Shown here piece after piece: positions 44,531-53,354 of a stretch of DNA of 62,504 nucleotides (the first letter of the stretch is position 1; every line of letters starts with the position of its first letter). The position numbers and the translations under genes are program-made. This DNA comes from a virus (lineage: Duplodnaviria; Caudoviricetes), in the IMG/VR virus record IMGVR_UViG_3300021437_000019, positions 1-62,504 of that record. One strand, given 5' to 3'. A model generated the notes under the pieces. That model saw only the letters and a list, made by a program, of their open reading frames with translations. It made no database searches and had not been told where the DNA came from.

Positions 44531-44797
44531 TCAGTCTCTCGCCTCTCTCCATGGATAACGCCTTCGGGTTTCTGCTGCGCGCCGCGCGATCTTTTCACCA
44601 AACGCGTGAATTTTTTCGCGGTTACGCTCTACGCCGTCAACCTGGATGCCAGTCCAAATCTTTTTTCCGGTGTAGAGATTCTGCTCGTATCGCACTGGCA
44701 CGCAGGTATGGCATCCTTCAATCACCTTGCCCGCGGGCGTGACCTTAATGAGTAGTGCGGTCACTTCACGGCCGCACCTTCGGTTCGGGCAGCGCAT
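44531..44797 (-). CDS. Small Cys-motif protein
   Basis: MRCPNRRC...GCHTC. Confidence 0.6.
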   Translation of the reverse strand: MRCPNRRCGREVTALLIKVTPAGKVIEGCHTCVPVRYEQNLYTGKKIWTGIQVDGVERNREKIHAFGEKIARRAAETRRRYPWREARD

Positions 44798-45220
44798 CTA
44801 CGCCGCCGGCGGGGCGTTGCGCGGGCCGATCCTCTTGTCTGCCAGCTTCGCCCGAAGTTCTTCGATTTCCTTGTCCTTCTTGGCGTTCTCAGCCGCCAGA
44901 CCATCGTTCAGTTTGATGGCTCGCTTGGCCTGATCCTCCGGTTTCATGGTGTGCCGGAGGTACACTTCTTTGTCTTCCGTGATCGTGTCGCCGCCCTGGA
45001 TGAGTTTGCGGATCTGCGCGATCACCTCGGGATCATCGGTGTGCAACAGACCCATGGTGAAGCGCACTTCTTTGTGTTCCAGCGCCATGATTGCGCCGGA
45101 GTTGGCATCCTTCACGCGCTGGCCACCACTGATTCGAATGGTCACACTGGAAGGCGACCCGTGGGGCGCGGTGTCAATCCAGGAATAAAAGGTCACTACT
45201 TCCTGCTTCGTTGCTGTCAT
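44798..45220 (-). CDS. Hypothetical virion-module protein
   Basis: GAGGA SD; downstream of the capsid gene. Confidence 0.65.
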   Translation of the reverse strand: MTATKQEVVTFYSWIDTAPHGSPSSVTIRISGGQRVKDANSGAIMALEHKEVRFTMGLLHTDDPEVIAQIRKLIQGGDTITEDKEVYLRHTMKPEDQAKRAIKLNDGLAAENAKKDKEIEELRAKLADKRIGPRNAPPAA

Positions 45221-45296
45221 ACAGTCCTCTCAAAAGGAATCGGGGCTGGAAGTCGTCCCTCCAGCCACGAGCTGAATTGTTGAGTTACGGTAAAAG

Positions 45297-45833
45297 TTAG
45301 GTTGCTTTGTGCGGGCAGATGCCGCCGTTCATCCGTTTGCCAAACTTACAATTCATGCAAAGCACTTGGAATCCGGGCGGAAAATGGTGTTTCAAGAGCC
45401 AGCGATAGATCGCGCCCGTGCGGCTTCCGTTGAAAATGCTGCGACGGTGTTGTGCGCTGTTGTTGTCCTCGTGATCCAGGGAAAGAAATTCAAATATTGA
45501 TTCACCGCAACACGCGCATTTTGCACCGCCGTAAGCCTCAAAAACTTCACGTTTTATTTCTGCGTGACGCTTCCGCACGACGGCGTTATATGCAGGCGTC
45601 GGTGGTCGATATTTGTAGTGCTTCCTTCCATATATCCGCTGCTTCTTGAGACACTTCTTGCACCGCAAGCCATTTGGTTCATGTGGGCGTTTTCCACATC
45701 GGTAGCAGAGGCCACCCTTAACTCTTTTCAGGGTAGTCCTTGCCACCGATGTGGAATTTTCGTTTTTGTAATACCCGGGTGTAATTAGATTTCGCTCAAG
45801 CCGTTCTATTGCCCTCGAAACATCTGTAAACAT
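45297..45833 (-). CDS. HNH-family endonuclease inserted after the capsid gene
   Basis: YGGAKCACCGE..FLSLDH..GFQVLCMNC; N-terminal CxxC pair. Confidence 0.8.
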   Translation of the reverse strand: MFTDVSRAIERLERNLITPGYYKNENSTSVARTTLKRVKGGLCYRCGKRPHEPNGLRCKKCLKKQRIYGRKHYKYRPPTPAYNAVVRKRHAEIKREVFEAYGGAKCACCGESIFEFLSLDHEDNNSAQHRRSIFNGSRTGAIYRWLLKHHFPPGFQVLCMNCKFGKRMNGGICPHKAT

Positions 45834-45849
45834 GGCACCTCCATTACGA

Positions 45850-45879
45850 AGTATGCCATATTATGCAAATGTGCGTCAA
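45850..45879 (-). promoter_or_regulatory. Promoter of the HNH gene
   Basis: TTGACG-18 bp-CATACT with TG extension, followed by GGAGG SD. Confidence 0.5.
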
Positions 45880-45892
45880 TAGAACATTTGCT

Positions 45893-47107
45893 TCAAGCGA
45901 ATGCCGTCACATTATACATTCGGGCATGGCGGCTTTCGAACCGAATCACCCATGCGCCTTCCGTGATGTACTCATCCTGGTACTTGTCGCTGCCGTCTTT
46001 CACGACGTCAGTCAACAGGTGAGTGTCGCGGTTTTCGCCGTTGCCGGACAGTGGTGCGAACTCGATCGAGTCCACGTCGAGTGCGTAGGCTTCGTCAGCC
46101 CATCCCAATGCACCGGTGGGACCGCCTTCGAGCAACAGGTCGCGGGTAATCATGAAGTCGCCATGCGACGTCACGTACCGCTTGACCTTCACTCCGTACA
46201 GTTCCTCACCGGGCTGATGCCGCATGTGGCCGAGCGAGAAGAAGTCGAACGCCGAGATGACTTTCTTCGCGGCAACGAGCAGTTTCTCGTGCCCTTCGTA
46301 GTAGGTGCCGAAGGACAGTTCTGCGAACGATTCCAGGCCGGTCTCGGTCAGGGTGTTGTTCGCGTTGTAAACGTTGGTGACGATGCGGCTCTTCAGCCCC
46401 ATCGTAGTGCGGATGGTTCCAGGTGCGCCAAGCGCCAGCAACTCGGAAGCACGCCCCCACAGGCCGGTTGATTCGATTTCCTTGCGGATCTCTTCCAGTG
46501 CTTTGCGGCGCTGAAAGAGGCGCTCGTTGGACGGCCCGAACTGAGCTTGTGCGACCATCGACTTCGTGATCTGCACGGGACGCCGGAAGATTTGTGTGTA
46601 ACTGATCTTCACGGCCTTGGTGGTTGTGCGCGGCGTTCCAAACGCAGCGCCTTCGGCGTATGCCGAACCGACGATGCGGATGTCTGCCGTAGCGCCGATC
46701 GTGTCTGCGCCAGCGCCGCCAACACCGCGGGTGAGCGTCAGGGTGTTGGTTGCAACCGCACTGACGCGAGCGATTTCTTCCGCCGCAGAGTTGGAATTGG
46801 CTTTCGGAATGGCGATCAAGTCGCCGGGATTGAACAGGGTGCCGTCCACAACCAGAAGTGCGGTGGCAACCGAACTCTGATCGGAACCGGCATTTGCTTG
46901 TCCCCAATGCCCAACGTAGTCGTCTTCGATCCACTCGACGCGGGCACTGGCGGTTGACTTCTTGCGGTTACCAATTTTGGTAACCAGCGTAAAGATCGGG
47001 GTGAGGCTCGGGTTCAACAGAACGTCCGACTCACCCAGGAAAATACGCTTTTGTACTGTTTCTGAAATGGCCTGGTCGATTGACCGAGGCACCGTGTTAA
47101 CGGCCAT
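45893..47107 (-). CDS. Major capsid protein (SU10/DUF5309-like)
   Basis: VEWIEDD, IVGSAYAEG, YTQIFRRPVQIT, RTTMGL; follows the scaffold gene. Confidence 0.9.
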   Translation of the reverse strand: MAVNTVPRSIDQAISETVQKRIFLGESDVLLNPSLTPIFTLVTKIGNRKKSTASARVEWIEDDYVGHWGQANAGSDQSSVATALLVVDGTLFNPGDLIAIPKANSNSAAEEIARVSAVATNTLTLTRGVGGAGADTIGATADIRIVGSAYAEGAAFGTPRTTTKAVKISYTQIFRRPVQITKSMVAQAQFGPSNERLFQRRKALEEIRKEIESTGLWGRASELLALGAPGTIRTTMGLKSRIVTNVYNANNTLTETGLESFAELSFGTYYEGHEKLLVAAKKVISAFDFFSLGHMRHQPGEELYGVKVKRYVTSHGDFMITRDLLLEGGPTGALGWADEAYALDVDSIEFAPLSGNGENRDTHLLTDVVKDGSDKYQDEYITEGAWVIRFESRHARMYNVTAFA

Positions 47108-47141
47108 GTATTTCTTCCCGGCAAAGCCGGGCAGGGGTTAC

Positions 47142-48383
47142 CTAACTACCGGGTCGCTTTATAACACGGCCTGCGGTCGCCAGCGCGTGGGAGAATTTGC
47201 TTCCGCCGCCGCTGACAATCTCGTTGACCGTTTGCTGCCCCGGTGATGGTCCCTTGCCGATTTCGCCTTTGGTTTTTCCGGGAGTCGTGCGGCCGGCGGC
47301 GATTTTCTTCGCCCGTTCGGCCTCTTGTTTCTTGCCAGTCTGGACAGCCTTTTGAACTGTTTCAGGGTTCACCTGTTCCCCGCGCGCGATCTTGTACGCA
47401 GCCTCAACCTGCGCTGCGTAGTTCGCCACCCTGTCGCGGCCGTTGCCAGCCACAACGTTCTTGATCCACGCATTCGACTGCATCGCGCGCTGGATCGCTC
47501 CACTCTCCACCATCTGCTCGAGGTTCGGGTAGAGTTGCTTTCCAGTCGCTTTGTCGGTCAACCCATCGAGGTGCTCGAAAGCCGCTTCACGAATCGCCAT
47601 CGTCTCGACGCGCCCGATTACCGGGTCATTACCAAGTGCGCCGCGCATCGAATTGTAAATGGCTGGCAGTGCGTCTTCGAGTTGCATCCAGAACGCTTGC
47701 GACAGTGCGGTAGTGATTCCATCCGCCTGCTGCTGGCTGAGTTTCTCCGGAGCCTCATCGCCCCAAAGGGCCTTCACAAAGGTGGTCGCAACGTGCATGG
47801 ACACTTCTGGCACGACACGCGCCTTCGCAACCTCGCCAGCGTTCTTGATGAACGCTTGGATCTGTTCAGGTGTAGGCTTGGTCGGCTGCGCCGCCGCTTC
47901 AACCTTCTCCTCGGGCTTCTCGTCGTCACCCTTGGCTTCGGCCTCTGCGCGCTCGGCTTGCTGCCGCTTCAGCGCCTCGCCGCGGTCAATGACCTCTTTC
48001 AAGAGGGCATGATGCGCGGGGTCATTCGGGTCCAATTGGACCTTGTAAGTCTTAGAGTAGTGGTCAGCGGCCTTCTTGTAGGCGGCTTCGGAGTAATCGC
48101 GGTCGTTCTCGTCGATAGAGAATTCGCTTTCTTCCTCTGCCGCTTCTTCTTCGGCCTCTTCGGCTTCGGCTTCCTCTTCGGGTGCCTCTTCCTTGCCGGC
48201 TTCTTCGCCGGCTTCTTCACTACCGGTTTCGGGCGTATCGGTTTCAGTTTCCGCCGCCGACTCCTCGGTTTGTGTTGCTTCGGCAGAACTTGATTCCGGT
48301 CCCGCACCTCCAAGCAGGGCGTTCAGTTCCGACTCACTGCTTGGTACTGCTGTTTCTTGGCTCGTCGCCGTTTCCGTTGCCAT
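47142..48383 (-). CDS. Scaffolding protein
   Basis: Very acidic N-terminus, helical; upstream of the capsid gene; AGGAG SD. Confidence 0.7.
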   Translation of the reverse strand: MATETATSQETAVPSSESELNALLGGAGPESSSAEATQTEESAAETETDTPETGSEEAGEEAGKEEAPEEEAEAEEAEEEAAEEESEFSIDENDRDYSEAAYKKAADHYSKTYKVQLDPNDPAHHALLKEVIDRGEALKRQQAERAEAEAKGDDEKPEEKVEAAAQPTKPTPEQIQAFIKNAGEVAKARVVPEVSMHVATTFVKALWGDEAPEKLSQQQADGITTALSQAFWMQLEDALPAIYNSMRGALGNDPVIGRVETMAIREAAFEHLDGLTDKATGKQLYPNLEQMVESGAIQRAMQSNAWIKNVVAGNGRDRVANYAAQVEAAYKIARGEQVNPETVQKAVQTGKKQEAERAKKIAAGRTTPGKTKGEIGKGPSPGQQTVNEIVSGGGSKFSHALATAGRVIKRPGS

Positions 48384-48479
48384 ACTCGCTCCTACCGCTC
48401 GTCGCGGACAAAAGAAAACGGCAGCGGTGATACGCTCTTCGCGCATTCCACTGCCGTCGAAAATCGGATGGTTCTAAAC

Positions 48480-48552
48480 TGGTGGCGGGGCTCGGAGTCG
48501 CACCGAGTTCAGGGGGTCATGAACCGCCTATGGACTGTTCCACTTCCCCGCA
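48480..48552 (-). tRNA. Atypical tRNA, CAT anticodon, initiator-like
   Basis: Acceptor GCGGGG/CCCCGC with T1:C72 mismatch, anticodon loop TTCATGA, T-arm CTCGG-TGCGACT-CCGAG, encoded CCA. Confidence 0.75.
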
Positions 48553-48559
48553 CAGCACT

Positions 48560-48572
48560 TCTAAACCTTAGA
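48560..48572. promoter_or_regulatory. Palindrome copy (1 mismatch)
   Basis: TCTAAACCTTAGA, 7 bp upstream of the tRNA. Confidence 0.62.
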
Positions 48573-48576
48573 AAAC

Positions 48577-48644
48577 GGGGCGGTGCCTGGTAGCTCGCTC
48601 CCTAAAGGTCGCGTTCCCACCGCCCCAACCCCGCAAAAGCGGGG
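48577..48644 (-). terminator. Two GC-rich hairpins upstream of the tRNA
   Basis: CCCCGC-TTTT-GCGGGG, then GGGGCGGTG...CACCGCCCC followed by GTTTTCT. Confidence 0.4.
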
Positions 48645-48650
48645 ATCTCG

Positions 48651-49130
48651 TCAGTTCGGATTACCGAAGCAGCCCCACGAAACCACATCCGTGGCGCCAA
48701 CAGTATCGGTAAGAACCACCTGCGTTGCGGTCGCTAGCGCTTTCACGAGTTGTGGCGTGGTTTGGTCTGTCGCAAAGCAGATTGGCGCATTCGTGAATGG
48801 CTTCGCAAATACCACCGTGGCAGTGTTGGCAGCCAGCGTTACTTGCCCCCAAGCAAAGGGGCCCGCCGGCGCGGTCGTGGTGTTTGCCACTGAGCCGCCG
48901 CCACCCACGTTTCCAGAAATGCCAAGGACATTCACGCCGTTCTTCTGCAGATAAATGTCCGAAGTGGTGGTATCCCCAAAGGCCAGGTAAAACACGGACG
49001 GAATGAGCAGGTTGCGACTCGCTTGGTTGCCATTCCACTGCGCGTATCCCGCAACCACCAGAAGGAACGCCAGCGCGAACACTCCGAACACCGCGAGCGC
49101 ACCCCTTACCGCCGAAAATAGCTTCTTCAT
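48651..49130 (-). CDS. Signal-peptide protein with H-type-lectin/fibre-tip-like domain
   Basis: MKKLFS..VVAGYA|Q; WGQV..TVVFAKPFTNAP..VSWGCFG. Confidence 0.7.
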   Translation of the reverse strand: MKKLFSAVRGALAVFGVFALAFLLVVAGYAQWNGNQASRNLLIPSVFYLAFGDTTTSDIYLQKNGVNVLGISGNVGGGGSVANTTTAPAGPFAWGQVTLAANTATVVFAKPFTNAPICFATDQTTPQLVKALATATQVVLTDTVGATDVVSWGCFGNPN

Positions 49131-49168
49131 GTATCTCTCCTGATTTGAAGTTGGGAAACCCTTGAAAT

Positions 49169-49579
49169 CTATCGCCAAGTCACCGTGATCTCGCCCGGGG
49201 TCGTACCCGCAGTCAAGACGCACAGGCCGGTGCTGAAATCCAGATTGAAATCCAGCGATGTGCTGGCTGCGGGTACGGTCACGGCCGTAGCACCGAAAAT
49301 TGCTGGCGCGGCACAACTCGTGTTATCGAAAACCTGAATCGTCCACGCCGAGCCCGGCCCGGAAACGATGAGCTTGCCCAGGGTTCCCGTACTCGATTTG
49401 ATCTGAGTGCTGGCATTGGTCGTAATCTTTGAGTATGAGAAAGGTGCAATGATGATTCGTTGCTGCCCATCCGCGCGCATCCCGTTCGAGAGTACGAAGC
49501 CGGCCTGACCCTCGACGATCCCGACAATAACAAGTGCCGCCAAGGAGATTGCGGCAAGGGAAAGCAGTATTCTTTTCAT
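49169..49579 (-). CDS. Signal-peptide beta-sandwich protein
   Basis: MKRILLSLAAISLAALVIVG; IKSSTGTLGKL..FSTGLCV..ITV. Confidence 0.7.
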   Translation of the reverse strand: MKRILLSLAAISLAALVIVGIVEGQAGFVLSNGMRADGQQRIIIAPFSYSKITTNASTQIKSSTGTLGKLIVSGPGSAWTIQVFDNTSCAAPAIFGATAVTVPAASTSLDFNLDFSTGLCVLTAGTTPGEITVTWR

Positions 49580-50175
49580 GCTCTAACTCCCCGGGCCAGC
49601 CCAATGGTATAGCTGCCCATTTTGAATTTTTCACCGTCGCGCATGTTGTGGCCACCCGCATGAAACCAGCCCCGCAGGTCATCCTCGCTGAACGACCAGC
49701 AGTGATCGCCGCCGGACAGGCCCGAATCCAATGCCTCATCCAGCGGATGCGAAATCACCGACGCGCGGCATTTCGGCAGCCACTTCTTGACCAGGGTAGC
49801 TGGGTCTTCCAGGTGTTCTAGGACTTCACAGAACACCACCACATCTGCATCGAAAGGCTCTACTTCCTCAATCGAACCATCTCTGACGAGTGCGAACGGG
49901 TACAACTCCCTCGCCGTGGCGATGCAACCCTGATTACACTCGACGCCAATGACTTCGTGGTAGTCGGATAGCGGCCCGGAGATGTCCAACGTCCCGCAAC
50001 CCAATTCCACAATCGTTTTCTTCCCGGGCCCGAGTTCGACCAGGGCAAAGGTCAGCATCCGCCGCGCCTTCTTTACGCGATCCTCTTGCACGCCGTCACG
50101 GGAGTACACGCGAACGGGGTTCAACTTGTGGTGCTCGATTCCTTCCACTACAGCCCGCACCTTCATCTGTTTCAT
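49576..50175 (-). CDS. Class I SAM-dependent methyltransferase
   Basis: IVELGCG, DVVVFCEVLEHLEDP. Confidence 0.9.
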   Translation of the reverse strand: MKQMKVRAVVEGIEHHKLNPVRVYSRDGVQEDRVKKARRMLTFALVELGPGKKTIVELGCGTLDISGPLSDYHEVIGVECNQGCIATARELYPFALVRDGSIEEVEPFDADVVVFCEVLEHLEDPATLVKKWLPKCRASVISHPLDEALDSGLSGGDHCWSFSEDDLRGWFHAGGHNMRDGEKFKMGSYTIGLARGVRA

Positions 50176-51215
50176 AGCAATTCCGGGAGTGCCTCATTCT
50201 TCACCACGTACTTCTCAATCGCTCGATTTGTCCCGCACTGCACGCACCTTCCACAAAGTTTGGGGGTTATGCTCGCCGCTATCTCCCGGTGCTTCTGCGA
50301 CAGCCAGATATGCCGGAAGGGCGTCTCATTGACGTTCCCGAACACGATGTCTCGCCGGTCACAGCACGCCGACACATCACCGTTCGCGCCGATAACCGCC
50401 AAGGTCAGGGCCGCATAGCACTTCTCAAACTCGCGCTGATAAAACACGTCTCTGTGACGCTGGCCAAGAATCTCTAATCGGAACGATTGACCGCCCGGCG
50501 CCAGTGCTCGGCGCTCAATCTGCCCCCATAGCCCCGAGGCAGCCGTAAGGAGTGCCGGTGTCTCCTCAGACAACGGGCGCACCTGCACGAAGTCCACGCC
50601 CAAGTCCTCTGCCAGCCTGAAAAGGCGTTCAAGGCTCTCCGTGGAACTATTGCAGTCCGCGACGTTGTAGGCGATGCCCACTTCCGGACCGCCACCAGCG
50701 AACTTCCGCCCTACCAGGGCCCGAATGTTTTCGATAACCTTCCCGAACTCTCCCGCTTTCGACCCATGCATCTTTTGGTGCTCTTCCTCGCACGACGCAT
50801 CGAGAGATACACGCACATGGTCCGCACCATGAAAGAGAAGCTCAAGCCAACGATCAATAAAACCGCCGTGAGTGATAACGAAGGTACGGAAACCATGCTG
50901 TTTGGCCGTACAAAGGGCCGCGCCGAAGCCCGGATGCAGCGTTGGTTCGCCGCCTCCGGAAAACTGAATCGCCCGGCAATCCAACTCTGCCAGATCGGCC
51001 AATACGGCTTCAATTACGGTGTTACTGAGGCTGTGCCGCTTGTCCGCAATTGTCGCCTTGCGGAAGTCCAGCGGCTCGCACCATGGGCAGGCGTGGCTGC
51101 AAAGGTTCGTCAGGTCGATGTTCGCCCGGATCGGCCCATGCGTTTCGCCAGCGAGAATCCCCTGAATCCTGTCCGTCCATCTCAGGACACGCAACTCGGA
51201 ATGGCGCTCACTCAC
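50172..51215 (-). CDS. Radical SAM/SPASM enzyme
   Basis: CSHACPWC, FSGGGEP, C-terminal C..GDV.ACC..GN..C..C. Confidence 0.92.
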   Translation of the reverse strand: MSERHSELRVLRWTDRIQGILAGETHGPIRANIDLTNLCSHACPWCEPLDFRKATIADKRHSLSNTVIEAVLADLAELDCRAIQFSGGGEPTLHPGFGAALCTAKQHGFRTFVITHGGFIDRWLELLFHGADHVRVSLDASCEEEHQKMHGSKAGEFGKVIENIRALVGRKFAGGGPEVGIAYNVADCNSSTESLERLFRLAEDLGVDFVQVRPLSEETPALLTAASGLWGQIERRALAPGGQSFRLEILGQRHRDVFYQREFEKCYAALTLAVIGANGDVSACCDRRDIVFGNVNETPFRHIWLSQKHREIAASITPKLCGRCVQCGTNRAIEKYVVKNEALPELL

Positions 51216-52264
51216 TGAACGGTCTCGCGCACGCCAATCTTCTCGAGGATGACCGTCAACCGCTTCTCAAGCGAGTGCTTTTCGTGGACCTCGCGGCATC
51301 CTTCTGCGGCGATCCGTTCGCGCTCTTCGGCCTTCTCGTCGCTTGGCCACTCCCTCAGAAGTTGCGCCACGTAAGGCAAGTTGCTCGATCTGTAATAGAC
51401 GAGGTGGCGACCAGATTCGAACGCTTCCTGGTTCTTCGAGATACCACGGTCGGCACTCAACTGCGGGGTAAGGAGAAACGTTCCGCACGCCATAACCTCG
51501 TAAATCTTCGTCACCAGCAACGCGCTCATCGCCGGCAGGTTGAAGAATACCTTCACGCGCCTGTAGTTCTCGACCAGACGCCGCACGCTCTCTTCCGAGC
51601 AGTACCCGCTCAGGTCGTTGATGGACACGTTGCCAATCCGGATCGGCGGATGGTCATGTTGGCTCAGGGCTTGCAGGAAGCGCCCGCGCTTCTCGTAGAC
51701 CAGGCCAACGAAAGCGATGGGCCAAGTCTTTTCGTAGTTCAGGCGACCGTGCTTGTCGATTACGTTATCCTCACGATCGCCGAGTCGGCACGGTCTGAAC
51801 ATTTCCGTATCCACCCCAAACGGCAACCAGTGAACGTGCCCCTTGCCGAACATCTCCTGGTCGAGCCATTCGGCATCCTGGTACGCCGGCACGAAGTTCT
51901 CGTCGGCCCACATGCTCACGCTGTCCCAATCAAGCGTGTAGTCGGCGCGGTGCATCGTCTCGTGCCACCAAGCCGCCTTCGGGACGCCGATATTCTTCCA
52001 TTCGTACTTCGTGTAGACAGCATCCAGCCACGGGGCGATGTGCTCCGGACCGCTCACCAAGATTGCGTCGCACTTCTTGAGGGTATCCAGCGCTGGCAGT
52101 TGCGCCTTGATGCCTTCAAACACTCGTTGTGGCATCTCGGCACCCGCTCCCGGCATCTCGCCGGGCACCACCTCGTGCCCCATGCGCCGAAGCGTGGTCA
52201 CCAAGCCGTTGCTCATCGACCATGCTGCGTACTGCGACTTCGGGTATAGCACCGCGATTCTCAT
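51212..52264 (-). CDS. GT-B glycosyltransferase (CgeB-like)
   Basis: WLPFGVD, IAFVG..Y..R, KIYEVMACGTFLLT, H....R. Confidence 0.88.
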   Translation of the reverse strand: MRIAVLYPKSQYAAWSMSNGLVTTLRRMGHEVVPGEMPGAGAEMPQRVFEGIKAQLPALDTLKKCDAILVSGPEHIAPWLDAVYTKYEWKNIGVPKAAWWHETMHRADYTLDWDSVSMWADENFVPAYQDAEWLDQEMFGKGHVHWLPFGVDTEMFRPCRLGDREDNVIDKHGRLNYEKTWPIAFVGLVYEKRGRFLQALSQHDHPPIRIGNVSINDLSGYCSEESVRRLVENYRRVKVFFNLPAMSALLVTKIYEVMACGTFLLTPQLSADRGISKNQEAFESGRHLVYYRSSNLPYVAQLLREWPSDEKAEERERIAAEGCREVHEKHSLEKRLTVILEKIGVRETVQ

Positions 52265-52309
52265 ACATCTCCTGTGCGCGCGCCGATCACCACGAATCCA
52301 GCGAGTGGC

Positions 52310-52498
52310 TTATTCGCCGCCGCCGGCCGGTGTGTTCGCTTCCGCGTCGTTGCTCGCATCGCCGGGAACCAAACTCACCTCGTGACGTCCGGGCACAACT
52401 TGCTGGCTTCCGGCCGGGCCCAAGTCTTTCGGGCTTCGGCTGCCGTGGCCGGTTTCCTTGCTGCCGAGATTCCGTTCCCCATACATTTTCTTGTTCAT
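52310..52498 (-). CDS. Small hypothetical protein
   Basis: AAGGAG SD. Confidence 0.55.
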   Translation of the reverse strand: MNKKMYGERNLGSKETGHGSRSPKDLGPAGSQQVVPGRHEVSLVPGDASNDAEANTPAGGGE

Positions 52499-52525
52499 GC
52501 TGTTCTCCTTGGAAAAGTTAAAGGC

Positions 52526-52777
52526 TCACAAACACACTGCCTTCCGAATGATTTGCTCGAACTGATTTGCTTCGGCGGCGCGCGCGGCATATTCGATCAA
52601 CCGCGCCATCGACGGATTGCCGTTCAGTGCCTCGGCGTCACCGTGCCGCCGCCAGTACGTACGTTCCTCTTCCCACACCTTACGAAGTGCGGAGAGCAGA
52701 ACGCCATGATCAAGCAGCATCAATAGCTGCGACGCCTCTTCCGTTGTTAGGTCGTTAAGAATCGGCACTGCCAGCAC
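52526..52777 (-). CDS. Small helical protein downstream of the portal
   Basis: Position and size typical of post-portal genes. Confidence 0.55.
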   Translation of the reverse strand: MLAVPILNDLTTEEASQLLMLLDHGVLLSALRKVWEEERTYWRRHGDAEALNGNPSMARLIEYAARAAEANQFEQIIRKAVCL

Positions 52778-53354
52778 CCTGTCCGGCCAGACCCTTCACG
52801 CCGGGGCCCTTCGGCTCCTGGTGAGCCGGTTCGGCTAACTTCGCCGCGGAATCGGCCGCCCTCCCAACGTGTTCAACCATGTCGGCGGTATGCTTCACGG
52901 TGCTCATAATGCCCGTGCCTTCCGTTGGCAGGCCCACGGCACTGAGAATCGCCGCCTGAACGTCGGCAGACAACTCTTCGAACTTTGCTGTGACGTTGAA
53001 ACCGATCTTCACTGGCGGCGCTTGCGGCTGAGGCGCTGGTGCCAAACCCTCTTCCGGGGAAATTCCCGGTACTGACTTGAGATACGCGGCCGCGATCCCG
53101 CGAACGTTGAATACTTGGGGAGCACTCAGCGCCAACGCCAAGAGCTGCTGCAAACTTTTCGTCCGGTAGGAATCGTCATCAGCCAGCGTCGAACCTTCCT
53201 CGGGTTCAATCTGGAACTCTTCCTGAATGTCCATCGGGTCGATGCGAATCGTTCGCGGGTTTCCACCCGGAGTATTCGCGCTGAGAGCCTCAACGGTCGT
53301 CTTTTGCTGTGGCTCCTGCGGTGGTTGCGGTGGTCCCGGCGGCATCGTACTCAT
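52755..53354 (-). CDS. Portal protein, C-terminal fragment
   Basis: IDPMDIQEEFQIEPEEGSTL..LQQLL..P..NV resembles portal wing/crown segments; AAGGGG SD and ATGA overlap. Confidence 0.65.
   Translation of the reverse strand: MSTMPPGPPQPPQEPQQKTTVEALSANTPGGNPRTIRIDPMDIQEEFQIEPEEGSTLADDDSYRTKSLQQLLALALSAPQVFNVRGIAAAYLKSVPGISPEEGLAPAPQPQAPPVKIGFNVTAKFEELSADVQAAILSAVGLPTEGTGIMSTVKHTADMVEHVGRAADSAAKLAEPAHQEPKGPGVKGLAGQGAGSADS

Noticed and set aside
43403-44755. Long plus-strand ORFs (also 29643-30764, 41446-42573, 51050-52249)
   Set aside because: Antisense shadows of motif-bearing minus-strand genes in GC-rich DNA.
48480-48552. tRNA fragment serving as an attP core
   Set aside because: It is full-length, lies within the head operon and has no integrase nearby.
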